Part shown: positions 27,701-37,083 of the stretch, in pieces | How positions within the stretch are numbered: the stretch's first letter is position 1 | How the letters are laid out: every line of letters begins with the position of its first letter | NCBI GenBank assembly: GCA_050115495.1 | Contig: JASFQK010000008.1 | Span: forward strand, 64,001 to 128,000 | Length of the DNA stretch: 64,000 nt | Origin: Phycisphaerae bacterium | GTDB taxonomy: Bacteria; Planctomycetota; Phycisphaerae; UBA1845; Fen-1342 | Direction of reading: 5' to 3' | Program-made: the position numbers and the translations under genes | The notes under the pieces: generated by a model | The model's database searches: none | Seen by the model: only the letters and a program-made list of their open reading frames with translations | What the model was told of the DNA's origin: nothing

Positions 27701-27800
27701 ATAGGGCGGGCTTCGCCCGGCGCTGCGTTGAATGCCGGTGGACTCTCGCGATTCGTCGATGGGATCGTTTGGCGGTCGGGCGTTCGGTGGGCAGAAGCAG
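27701..27800. repeat. Degenerate REPIN-like element
   Basis: TAGGGCGGGCTTCGCCCGGC...GCGATTCGTCGATGGGATCGTTTGGCGGTC, similar to 29308-29414. Confidence 0.6.
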
Positions 27801-28095
27801 CGCTATGCGGTTCGATCGTAGCGGTCGTGGTTGCAGTCTGTCCTGCAGCCAACATGCTAAGGTCTCCTGTAACAAGGAGTTGAGAAAACAGAGAAGCCGG
27901 AGCGCAGCGCGGCGGTCCCGTTGCGTGCACGGCTCGCGTGGGTCAATCACGGTTTCGGAATCGCGTTGTTGGCACAGGATCGAGCGGTTCACGTGCTGAG
28001 CTACGTTTCAGGCGTGGTACACTTGGCGTATCGCAAGGGCGCGGCACACGGCCCTCGTAGACACAGCGGTCCACTTCAACTCAGGGAGATCATCG

Positions 28096-29115
28096 ATGAG
28101 ACGAGAATCCTCGGGAGCAGCAGTTGCGGCGTTCCTGTTCGTCGGCACCGCCACCGTGTCGCTTGCGCAGAGCATCGACTTCGAGACCGTGTTCGACGGC
28201 GTGGGGACGATAGAGAGACAGCCGATCTTCAATCAGTACGAAGCCAGCCATGGCGTGACATTCACGATGCGCGATGCGGCAACCGGAGACTTCGTTGGAT
28301 ATCCGCTCATCGCCAAGAGAGGTGAGCCGCAGGTCGGTTTCACCGGATGCGCCGGAGCCGACATGCCGCTGGAGGGACAAGGCGTTGGCGATTCCTACTT
28401 GGCTACATCAATATCTGGTGGTGGTGATCCGTATGATCTGCTTGTCGAGTACAGTACGCCGGTCTCCGCCGCGTCGGGCGTGCTCATCGATCTTGACTAC
28501 CAAAGCTCCTGGCCCGACCCGCATGAGCGGTGGGAGATAATCGCGTACGACACGAGCGGAAGCGAACTCGCCTGCATCACCATGGAGGCGGAAGAGGGTC
28601 CCTCGAATCCAGATTGCGGCTGCGTCGACTGTGGTCCAGGCGATGGACGCGCAGATCCATGGGAGTTCAATATTCCAGGCGGACAGATAAAGTCAATTCT
28701 CTTTCACAGGATTGGCGACCCTCCAACTCCAGTTGTGTTCGACAACTTCAGCCCGGCCACGGGGTTTCAGTGTCCGGAGGTCTCGGTACACGCAGATCCA
28801 TGGTCCAAGCTGTGCTGCGGAGACAGCACCGAGCTGATTGCTGATCTCTTCGGTGGAAGGCCACCCTTCACGTATCAGTGGCAGCAGGAGGCAACCCCCG
28901 GCGTCTGGACGGATCTCGACACCGATCCAACGCAGACGGTATTACCTATAGAGACCACGAGCTACCGCGTCGTCGTCACGGACAGCAACGAGTGCGAAGT
29001 GACAAGCGATCCGTTCGAGCTTGCCGTTTGCGGTGGGAGTGCTGACATGAACTGCGATGGGAAGGTGGATATGGCCGACTTCGGGCAGTTTCAGTTGCAG
29101 TTCACCGGCCCGTAG
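28096..29115 (+). CDS. Secreted hypothetical protein with an Ig-like segment and a C-terminal dockerin-like motif
   Basis: Signal peptide; GGRPPFTYQW...YRVVVTDS; ADMNCDGKVDMADFGQFQLQFTGP. Confidence 0.75.
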   Translation: MRRESSGAAVAAFLFVGTATVSLAQSIDFETVFDGVGTIERQPIFNQYEASHGVTFTMRDAATGDFVGYPLIAKRGEPQVGFTGCAGADMPLEGQGVGDSYLATSISGGGDPYDLLVEYSTPVSAASGVLIDLDYQSSWPDPHERWEIIAYDTSGSELACITMEAEEGPSNPDCGCVDCGPGDGRADPWEFNIPGGQIKSILFHRIGDPPTPVVFDNFSPATGFQCPEVSVHADPWSKLCCGDSTELIADLFGGRPPFTYQWQQEATPGVWTDLDTDPTQTVLPIETTSYRVVVTDSNECEVTSDPFELAVCGGSADMNCDGKVDMADFGQFQLQFTGP

Positions 29116-29307
29116 GTTGGTCATCGATGCACCACCGCCGGCAGAGCCGCCAGCGGAGTCACTCAGTGGACCGCCGCTCTTATCGTGAAGATGTACGCCC
29201 TGGACGCTGCCGTGTTCGATGCACGCGGTTCTGTTGGAGAGTCTGACGTATGCGAAACACGTGCCGTTTCGGCCGGGTTCGACTTTCCGGGTCCCGGCGA
29301 TCACATA

Positions 29308-29414
29308 GTCGGGCGGGCTTCGCCTGGCCGATGTATCGGTGGTCGGCCCAACTCGGCGATTCGTCGATGGAATCGTCTGGCGGTCCACCGTTCGGCGGGT
29401 GAAACCCGCCCTAC
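29308..29414. repeat. REPIN-like element
   Basis: GTCGGGCGGGCTTCGCCTGGC ... GGCGGGTGAAACCCGCCCTAC. Confidence 0.75.
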
Positions 29415-29419
29415 ATTCC

Positions 29420-29448
29420 TTCACGCAGGTATTGGCGGGTTGTATAAT
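29420..29448 (+). promoter_or_regulatory. Putative sigma70 promoter
   Basis: TTCACG-N17-TATAAT upstream of the gene at 29568. Confidence 0.55.
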
Positions 29449-29567
29449 GGCCGGTGTCCGTTGTTGCTCGAAGCGCGGCCTCGCCGGTCTGGACACGTTG
29501 TCCGCGGCGGGGTCCCACACAGGCCGGCGCTCATAACAGGGCCTTCCAATCTTGAGCGCACCCTTCC

Positions 29568-30671
29568 ATGAAACCATCGCAGATGCGGCGGCGGATCGCC
29601 GTCGAAGCCGCCCGGCTCATGTACGAGCGGCTGGAGTCCGAGTATTTCACCGCCAAACGTAAGGCCGCCGCCCGCCTGGGCGTCAATCCGCGGCACCAAC
29701 CCCAGGAGCTCCCCTCGAACCGGGAGATCCGCGACGAGTTGCAGGTCTTCGCCCGCGTGCACGAAGGCGAAGCCCGCACGACCAACCTGCAGGAAATGCG
29801 CGTCGCCGCCCTGCACATGATGCGCAAGCTCGAACGCTTTCACCCGCGCCTGATCGGCAGCGTCATGACCGGGCACATCCGCGAGGGCTCGGACATCGAC
29901 CTGCACGTGTTCAGCGCGAGCGTCGCGAACGTCGTGCACACGCTGGAGCAGCAGGGCCACACGTGCGAGGTCGAGCGCAAGCGGGTTCTCAAGCACAACG
30001 AGGAGCGTATCTTCACGCACGTGCACTTGCACGACCGGTTCACGTTCGAGTTGACCGTGTACGGGCTCGACCAGCTCTCGTACGTGTTCAAGAGTTCGAT
30101 CACGGGGCAGGCGATCGAGCGGGCGTCGCTGGACGAACTGGAGGCGATGATCGCCCGCGAGTACCCGGACGTCGATCTGGCGGCGGAGGGCGACGAGCCG
30201 GAGATCGAGCCCGGCGTGTTGTGGCCGGTGCTGCTGGTGCCGCTGGCGGATGTGAAGCAGGACCCGCAGTGGCATCCGGAGGGTGACGCTCTGTACCACT
30301 CGTTGCAGGCCTTCGAGGTGGCCCGGGCGACGTGTCCGTACGATGAGGAGCTGATCGCGGCGGCGCTGCTGCACGACGTCGGCAAGGCGATCGATCCGCA
30401 CGATCATGTCGCCGCCGGCCTGGAAGCGTTGGAGGGCACGCTTACGCCGCGCGAGGCGTTCCTGATCGCGCATCATATGGATGCGCAGGCGTTGAAAGCG
30501 GGCACGCTCGGCGTGCGCGCCGCCCGGCGGCTGCGCGAGTCCGAGTGGTTCGAGGACCTCATGCTGCTGCGCGACATCGACGATCAGGCCCGCCGGCCGG
30601 GTGCTGCCGTGTGCAGCGTCGAGGAGGCGATTGCGTACATCGAGTCGTTGGAAGGTGATTTGGCGTTCTGA
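29568..30671 (+). CDS. Nucleotidyltransferase + HD-domain fusion protein
   Basis: LIGSVMTG...SDIDLHVF (pol-beta NTase); QDPQWHPEGDALYHS, AALLHDVGK (HD of the CCA-enzyme type). Confidence 0.85.
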   Translation: MKPSQMRRRIAVEAARLMYERLESEYFTAKRKAAARLGVNPRHQPQELPSNREIRDELQVFARVHEGEARTTNLQEMRVAALHMMRKLERFHPRLIGSVMTGHIREGSDIDLHVFSASVANVVHTLEQQGHTCEVERKRVLKHNEERIFTHVHLHDRFTFELTVYGLDQLSYVFKSSITGQAIERASLDELEAMIAREYPDVDLAAEGDEPEIEPGVLWPVLLVPLADVKQDPQWHPEGDALYHSLQAFEVARATCPYDEELIAAALLHDVGKAIDPHDHVAAGLEALEGTLTPREAFLIAHHMDAQALKAGTLGVRAARRLRESEWFEDLMLLRDIDDQARRPGAAVCSVEEAIAYIESLEGDLAF

Positions 30672-30726
30672 AGTCAGCCGCTGGGCGGTGATGGCGGCGC
30701 GCAGCGCCCGGGTTATCGCGGGAGTT

Positions 30727-30836
30727 GTAGGGCGGACTTCGCCCGCCGATTGCGTTGACTGCTGGTGGTTCGTCGTCGTGCTTCGTCAACAACGTCCCTC
30801 GGCGGTCGATCGAGCAGCGGGTAGAACCCGCCCTAC
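30727..30836. repeat. REPIN-like element
   Basis: GTAGGGCGGACTTCGCCCGCC ... GCGGGTAGAACCCGCCCTAC. Confidence 0.8.
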
Positions 30837-31006
30837 GACTCGGCGACGAGCACAACCGGCCGGTCGGCGGGCATCTCGTTCGGAAATGCCGCCAGCAGTC
30901 GTCCGTACGACCTCCGGCGGTCGGGCGGATAGCTCACGGCGCGGTGACGACACGCCGGTGGCAGGCTGTGGATGAACAGCTCTGACAGCGTCGCTGCTCG
31001 CGCTGC

Positions 31007-31173
31007 CTGGCGGTGTCGGCTGAGTCGGCACGCCGGCGTTGGATGAACTGGAAGCCCGGGTGGGACAACACGACACGCAGTTTGTCGCCGTGGTTCAAGC
31101 AATTCGCGAATTGATGGAGCCGTCGGCCCGGAAGAAGGGCCGTATCGGCTTTCGGCCGACTGATGAGGATTGA
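31007..31173 (+). pseudogene. C-terminal remnant of an ORF6N-domain protein
   Basis: LAVSAESARR / frameshift / LDELEARVGQHDTQFVAVVQAIRELMEPSARKKGRIGF resembles the conserved ORF6N-protein tail; no N-terminus. Confidence 0.55.
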
Positions 31174-31176
31174 CCG

Positions 31177-31215
31177 ATGGGCACCGTGTACCGCGAAACC
31201 TACACGAAGCCGCTG
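31177..31215 (+). pseudogene. Possible N-terminal stub of a planctomycete tyrosine integrase
   Basis: GAGG RBS + MGTVYRETYTKPL, resembling integrase N-termini recalled from planctomycetes; the frame then loses resemblance; close to a tRNA. Confidence 0.4.
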
Positions 31216-31422
31216 CGGAGAGTAAGACGGTACATGTGTGGCCCCCAAGGTCAGGGAGACGCGGGAAGCACAGGCTGCCACGACGCGTCACCATTATACG
31301 GACTATCGTGCCCCACGGCGTGTCACGCGAACAACGCCGGGCCCACGCGGCGGCCCGGTTCCCAAGCCCCTTCTGCCCCACGCCCCGCTCCCGGCGGGCG
31401 TCAGGCACGCCTCGGGCGGGTA

Positions 31423-31495
31423 AGCCACCGGGGGGACTCGAACCCTCAACCTGCGGTTTACAAAACCGCTGCTCTGCCAATTGAGCTACGGTGGC
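31423..31495 (-). tRNA. tRNA-Thr(TGT)
   Basis: GCCACCG acceptor stem, TAGCTCAATTGGCAGAGC D arm, GCGGT-TTTGTAA-ACCGC anticodon arm, GGTTCGAGTCC T arm; CCA not encoded. Confidence 0.97.
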
Positions 31496-32007
31496 AAGGT
31501 ATTGATAATAAACAACTTAGGCGCCAGGCTCGCCGCGCGAGCGACAACCATGACGACGGCCGCTTCCTGGGCGTATACCAAGGATAATGGTACCAGAATG
31601 CCGCTTGGAAGCCAGCAAACGGGGTCGTGGCCGGCGGTTTTTCGATCCGCTGCTCTCGCCGCATAGGCGGTTGGGATTCGCCGCCACGGACTGGCGGCAA
31701 ACAGCCTATCCGCGTGCCTTACTCCGTCCTTCTGGTTGGGGGACGCGGCTCGTAAACTGACCGCAAATGCCCCGAACGCTCACACTGCATTCGCGCAGCA
31801 GCACGAGAGCCCGTCGCAGCGCAGTAGTACGAGATCTGTGGAGCTTCGCCACAGCTCGATTGGGCCAGGGGAGCCGAGGCCTATTCCCCCTCCTCAATTC
31901 GGAACGTGTGCGGGACCATCGTAGCTGAATCGGTCACCGCACTCGATGCACGTAGGCCCTTGACGTGCAGGAAGGACGGAATCATCGGCAGGCGCAACGG
32001 TGCTGGG

Positions 32008-34365
32008 CTACTCGCGTGCGGCCTCCGCTCTCTTTTGGTCGAGTACGGTCCGGATCTTCGCCAGCAGGCCCCATCGTGTGAAGGGTTTCTGCAGGAACTC
32101 GACGCCTTCGTCCAGCACGCCGTGACGCGCGACGACGTCCGCCGTGTACCCCGAGATGAACAGCGTTGGCGTCGTGGGACGTGCTTCGTGCAGTTGCTCC
32201 GACAAGGCATGGCCGTTCATGTCGGGCATGATCACGTCGGTAATCAGCAAGTCGATGGGACCTTTGTGGTTCCGTACTGCCTGCAGTGCTTCGTGACCGC
32301 CTCGGGCCGTGATCACCGCGTACCCGGCGGTGCGGAGTGTCCGGGCTGTTAACTCGCGCACCGGATCTTCATCCTCGCACAAGAGCACGGTCTCGCTGCC
32401 GCGCAGTGAATCGGTGGAACGCTTCTGCTGTGCTGGCTCCTCCTCAGCAACCGCCTCGGCTGCCGGTAGATAGATCTCGAACGTTGTGCCCTGCCCCGGC
32501 TCGCTGTGAACTGCGATGTGACCACGCGAGCGCTGGACAATGCCGTATACGGTGGCGAGGCCGAGCCCCGTGCCCTTGTCCGCCGCCTTGGTCGTGAAGA
32601 AAGGCTCGAAGATCCGCTTGCAGGTCTCGGCATCCATGCCATGCCCAGTATCAGTCACGGCCAGCAATACCGCCGGTCCCGGACGCGCATCCGTGTGATT
32701 GTCGGCGTACTGCTCGTCCAGCGTGACATTCCGAGTCTCCAGAGTAAGTTGGCCGCCGTCCGGCATGGCGTGGACCGCGTTGACCACGAGGTTCACAATG
32801 ACCTGCTCGAGCTGGCTGGCGTCGGCGTGCACGGACTTGAGCTGGGGGTCCGTGATCGCCTCGAACGTGACGTTCTCGGTGATCAATCGCCGCAGCATCT
32901 TCTCGAGGTTTTCGAGAACTCGGTTCAGATTCAGGACCTCGGGCTGCACGACGTCGCGTCGGCTGAAGGTCAGCAACTGCCGCGTCAGCCGCGCGGCGCG
33001 CTGGGCGGCTTCGTTGACCTGCTCCATGGGGCCAATGGCGCCGTGGTCAGCGCCCAGTTTCTTGCGCAAGCACTCCATGCTCAGTTCGACGTTGCCCAGG
33101 ATCGCGGTGAGGATGTTGTTGAAATCGTGGGCTATGCCCCCGGCCAGTTGTCCCACGGCCTCCAGTTTTTGCGACTCGTGGAGGCGGGCTTCCAACGCCC
33201 GGCGCTCGTGCTCCGCCTGCCGGCGCTCGGTGATGTCCAGAAACGTGACGACCGCACCGACCACCTCGCCATCGCGGCAGATCGGATAGGACCAGTACTC
33301 AGCGGGGAAGCTGGTTCCGTCGGCACGCCAGAGAACCTCGTCATCAACATGCGTTCCCTCGCCTCGCTGGATTGCCTCGTTGATGCGGCACCGGTCCTCG
33401 GGGTACGGGGATCCATCAGCCCACGTGTGGTGAATCAGGTCATGCATATTCTTGTTGAGCACCTGCTGCGAAGACTCGTACCGGAGCATCTTGAGGCAGG
33501 CGGGATTGCACAACGTGCAACTGCCGTCGAGATCCAGACTGTAGATGGCCTCGGCCGTGGAGCTCAACAGCAGACGCACCTTCTCCTCGCTGTCGCGTAA
33601 CGCCGTCCCGATTCGGGCGCGCTCCAGCACCCGTCGCCGGAGTCTCACGGTCGCCAGTCCAATGCCTCCCAAACCTATAAGCCACAGCAGGCCGAAGCCG
33701 AACGCCATAGTGGTCCTCTGCGCGCGCTCCGCCGCCAAATAGGGTTGCAGCGGCGCCGAAACACTGATCCCGCCGCGCACATCGCCTTCCTTGTAACCTT
33801 GAGCCGCGTGGCATTTCAGGCAACCCTTCTCCGTGATCAGCGGGCGCATCAGGCGCAGGTACGGTTTGCCCTCGATCGGCGCGACGGAACTGACCTCCGG
33901 TACCGCCTGCTCGAACTCCTTGAGCGCCATTTTCTCCCATGAATCCGGTGCGTTGGCGGCGCGGATTGGATTGAGGCTGGTAATATGGCTGCGTATTCCA
34001 TACTGCTCGCGACCCAACTCGTGGACCTGGCGTGTCATGTAAGCCGGGTTCACCAACGTCAACCGCCGCCCCGAGGGTGTGACGAGATCCCGTTCTTCAA
34101 GATGCGCCAGTTGAGGATTGGGCGGTGTATCTTCTGTGACAGGTGCGTAGACGCCGCCATGGCTAGCGTTCCAGCGGCGGTAAACAATGTCCTTGTCGAA
34201 CGCGGCGCGCGCCGAGTCTCGCAAGAAATCGAGGTTCTTCTGGTGTTCGTGGCTCAGCGTCCAGACAAAAAACGCGACCACGATCACCGTCCACGTCGCC
34301 GTCAGAGACAACACGCAACGCCGCAGACCCCATGATTGTCTCGGAGATGTGTTTGTTTCCGCCAT
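32008..34365 (-). CDS. Hybrid sensor histidine kinase/response regulator (DUF3365 heme-c-type sensor, PAS, HisKA, HATPase, REC)
   Basis: HGGVY, NPAYMTRQ, CLKCH; PAS; GQLAGGIAHDFNNILT, NLVVNA, DTGHGM, GTGLGL; LLITDVIMP. Confidence 0.93.
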   Translation of the reverse strand: MAETNTSPRQSWGLRRCVLSLTATWTVIVVAFFVWTLSHEHQKNLDFLRDSARAAFDKDIVYRRWNASHGGVYAPVTEDTPPNPQLAHLEERDLVTPSGRRLTLVNPAYMTRQVHELGREQYGIRSHITSLNPIRAANAPDSWEKMALKEFEQAVPEVSSVAPIEGKPYLRLMRPLITEKGCLKCHAAQGYKEGDVRGGISVSAPLQPYLAAERAQRTTMAFGFGLLWLIGLGGIGLATVRLRRRVLERARIGTALRDSEEKVRLLLSSTAEAIYSLDLDGSCTLCNPACLKMLRYESSQQVLNKNMHDLIHHTWADGSPYPEDRCRINEAIQRGEGTHVDDEVLWRADGTSFPAEYWSYPICRDGEVVGAVVTFLDITERRQAEHERRALEARLHESQKLEAVGQLAGGIAHDFNNILTAILGNVELSMECLRKKLGADHGAIGPMEQVNEAAQRAARLTRQLLTFSRRDVVQPEVLNLNRVLENLEKMLRRLITENVTFEAITDPQLKSVHADASQLEQVIVNLVVNAVHAMPDGGQLTLETRNVTLDEQYADNHTDARPGPAVLLAVTDTGHGMDAETCKRIFEPFFTTKAADKGTGLGLATVYGIVQRSRGHIAVHSEPGQGTTFEIYLPAAEAVAEEEPAQQKRSTDSLRGSETVLLCEDEDPVRELTARTLRTAGYAVITARGGHEALQAVRNHKGPIDLLITDVIMPDMNGHALSEQLHEARPTTPTLFISGYTADVVARHGVLDEGVEFLQKPFTRWGLLAKIRTVLDQKRAEAARE

Positions 34366-35074
34366 GTCACCCGCCTCGCGGGCGCTCCAGACGGCGAACT
34401 GCCTCGCGACCTGCGCTTCACCCGCTGGCAAGACAGCCGCCATGCGGCCTGAGTGCTCTGACCGACGTTTCCCATTCTGGCTTGGCCCTGCCCGGCCAAC
34501 GGGTCAGGTTAGAGCAGTGTATCCGGGGACGGGGCGTGCGTACACGCCTTTCGGACGATGTTGCGGGCTTCCGGGGCGTCGTGGGGGCGGAAGGGCTCGT
34601 CCGCGAGGTCGGATTACGCCCCTGTCCCTCCGGAATCTCTTGTCCTTCCTGCTGGTAAAGGATTTACGTTCACGAGCGCAGCGTATCGGATACGACGAGT
34701 CCTCGCTGAATCCGAACGGAGGTGTGTCTGTCCACCGACGTTTGTGTACGCAACAGAACGCCACGACGCGGGGCTGAACAACGTTGCAACGTGGCACGCA
34801 GGTCGCGGCTTGGATTGAGGCTGCAACCACTAGCCTCGGAACTGCTTCCCTGCAAAGCAGCGGTTAACCTCACCGGTGCTCGGTGAGCAGTGAGGCGTCG
34901 CCCAAAACTGCTACGTCTGTGTCGTGGTCGGCAGCCTTCGGGAGTCTGACGCGAGCGGTTGTCGCGACAACCAGACGAGCCGCTTCCTGCGCCGCCGTGC
35001 GCCGTCGATCGGCTCTGGTATCTCAGAAGCTGCGTTTTCGTAAGTCTATGCAAAGCAAGAGCTTAATTGCAGAG

Positions 35075-35106
35075 CCGCTGCTCTGCCAATTCAGCTACGG
35101 TGGCAA
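35075..35106 (-). repeat. Duplicated 5' half of tRNA-Thr (att-like direct repeat of 31466-31497)
   Basis: CCGCTGCTCTGCCAATT(C/G)AGCTACGGTGGCAA, 31/32 identical. Confidence 0.85.
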
Positions 35107-35400
35107 TGGGCTGTCTGCAAACGACTTACATCGCCAGGACCTGCGATGTCGAACACACGCGGAACTGCCGCAACGACGGCCCGTTTGGCGGCTCCATTGA
35201 TCGTACCGTGTTACCAGAGCGCCGGCTCGCGGCCAGCCGGCGGGGCTTCGGGCAGCGGTCTTTGCGCCCCCGGCACCAGCGCCAAGCGGTGGTCGTGAGG
35301 CGACCCTTGTCACAAAACAGCGGGCGGCCCGAGCGTCACCCCCCTTCGTTCCTCTGTCCCTGTGCTCCTCTGCCCCTCTCATCCTTTGATCCTACGCTTC

Positions 35401-36090
35401 TCAATACATCGCGGGCAGCAGGCGCTTCACCCGGGCTCGGTATCGGCGGAACTCGCCGCCGAACTGGCCGGCCAGGAAGCGGTCCTCGCGAGCGGTGCGG
35501 AGGAGAACGAGCGGCAGCAGGACTGCGATGCAGAGTAGGGCGGCCGAGAGGCTCCCCAGAAGCAGGGACGCGCCGAAAGCCACGGCGAGGTTGCCCGTTT
35601 CCGAGGGGTGCCGGATGAAGCGGTAGATGCCCCGCTGGATCAGCTGCTGTGCGGGGGCGACGGTGATTTCGGTTACGAAGAAGCGACCCAGTGCGCGGAT
35701 CGCTGCGTAGCGTAAGGCGACGCCGACGAGCATCAGCAGCCCGCCGGCGGCGGAGACGATGGCCGCGGCTGGCGACGCCGCGCAGTTGCGGTGGAGCATC
35801 GCTGTCCAGAAGACGACAAGAATCCCGGCGCCGGTGGCGAGTGCCAGCCCATGAGCCTGTGTACCGGTCGCGTGCGCCTGCGCAGGCCTCAGCTCCCCGC
35901 CGCACGGCGCGGCCGCGACGTCGACGAGGCACAACAGAGAGGCGAAGACCAGGAAGGCGATGAACGCAACATCGCCGGGAAGGCGGGTTGGGCCGAGTTG
36001 AATCAACAGGGGGAGGAGCAGCAGGAACACGTGCGTGCTGAGGAATAGCAGCAACTTCGCGGCCGACCGTGGCGATGTAGAGCAGCCCAC
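35401..36090 (-). CDS. Isoprenylcysteine carboxyl methyltransferase family membrane protein
   Basis: Multiple TMs; LGRFF, LIQRGIYRFIRHPSETG, EDRFLAGQFGGEFRRY. Confidence 0.88.
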   Translation of the reverse strand: MGCSTSPRSAAKLLLFLSTHVFLLLLPLLIQLGPTRLPGDVAFIAFLVFASLLCLVDVAAAPCGGELRPAQAHATGTQAHGLALATGAGILVVFWTAMLHRNCAASPAAAIVSAAGGLLMLVGVALRYAAIRALGRFFVTEITVAPAQQLIQRGIYRFIRHPSETGNLAVAFGASLLLGSLSAALLCIAVLLPLVLLRTAREDRFLAGQFGGEFRRYRARVKRLLPAMY

Positions 36091-36120
36091 TTCGGCTCTC
36101 CGCAGATCGGCTTCACCCGG

Positions 36121-36768
36121 CTAGATCGATCCCGGCTCATGTGTCTGCTCGGGGTCTATCACCTCGGCGACGAGCCCGCGCAGGTGCGCCTGCGACACGT
36201 GCAGGGCCTGAGCGATCGTGCCGATGACGGTTGATTCCCGCTCATGAATGGCGCCGTCCGCCGTAGCCACGGCCAGGGCGGCTCGAATAACCAACTCCTT
36301 GCCCTGATCGTTCAGATGTGGTGCCAGCGACCGGAGCCAGGCGCCGAGGCCGTTGCCTTTCGCGCGTGCCTCGGCGATCGCCTCCTCCAATTCGGCCTCG
36401 GCCAGTTCCTGCTGGAATACTTCCGCACAGACCCGCCGCATGGCCGCCAGTTCGATTCTCTCCACGTGGCCGTCGGCCACGGCGACGGCGGCCATGGCCT
36501 GCCGCACGGCCTGTCGAAACTGGTCCTCGAGCTGGGCCGCGTCCGCCTCCGGGTCGAATGACAGGACCTCGAGCTTGAACGACGTTCGGCACCGCTGGCA
36601 CTCGACATATTCAGACAGTTTGTCCAGGGGAATGAGCGGGATGAAGTACAGCGTGAAGAAGCGTCGCACGCGCTTGTGGGCGTAGGGTCGCCGGCAGCCG
36701 CACTCCGGGCAGTGAAACTCGCCGCGCCGCACCGTACCGGTAACGCCCCGTGTGCCGAAAATGATCAC
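36121..36768 (-). CDS. Zn-ribbon + TerB-like domain protein
   Basis: IIFGT, CPECG, RRFFTLYFIPLIP, VECQRC; VAVADG...E and ATADG...E TerB motifs; GGAGG RBS before GTG. Confidence 0.85.
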   Translation of the reverse strand: MIIFGTRGVTGTVRRGEFHCPECGCRRPYAHKRVRRFFTLYFIPLIPLDKLSEYVECQRCRTSFKLEVLSFDPEADAAQLEDQFRQAVRQAMAAVAVADGHVERIELAAMRRVCAEVFQQELAEAELEEAIAEARAKGNGLGAWLRSLAPHLNDQGKELVIRAALAVATADGAIHERESTVIGTIAQALHVSQAHLRGLVAEVIDPEQTHEPGSI

Positions 36769-37083
36769 AGTCGTTCCTCCCGGTGGGTCCCTGCTCGTCC
36801 CGTCAACCCGCACACCACGTCTACGGTACGAACGCCATCCCAGGCAGTCAAGTATATTGGCGTGACGGCGCCCGGTTGCGCTCGGGCAGGAACGACGACA
36901 TCAAGAGAAACTGGCAAATCCCTACGACGCCGCCCGGGGTCGGCTTCGGGGACGAGGCCGGACCGGGTGGCCTCGGCGTCGACCGCTAACCACTGGTTTG
37001 GTAACATCTTCGAGAGTGTGGCAGCGGGGCGGCGAACCTGTCCTGAGCGACCGGGCGGATCAACGATGTTGTTGGGCCGTGTT

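Noticed and set aside
35075..35106. Second functional tRNA
   Set aside because: Only the 5' ~30 nt are present; no anticodon loop, T arm or 3' acceptor strand.
35340..35390. Pyrimidine-rich short repeats (CCTCTGTCCC / CCTCTGCCCC)
   Set aside because: Too short and degenerate to support a function.
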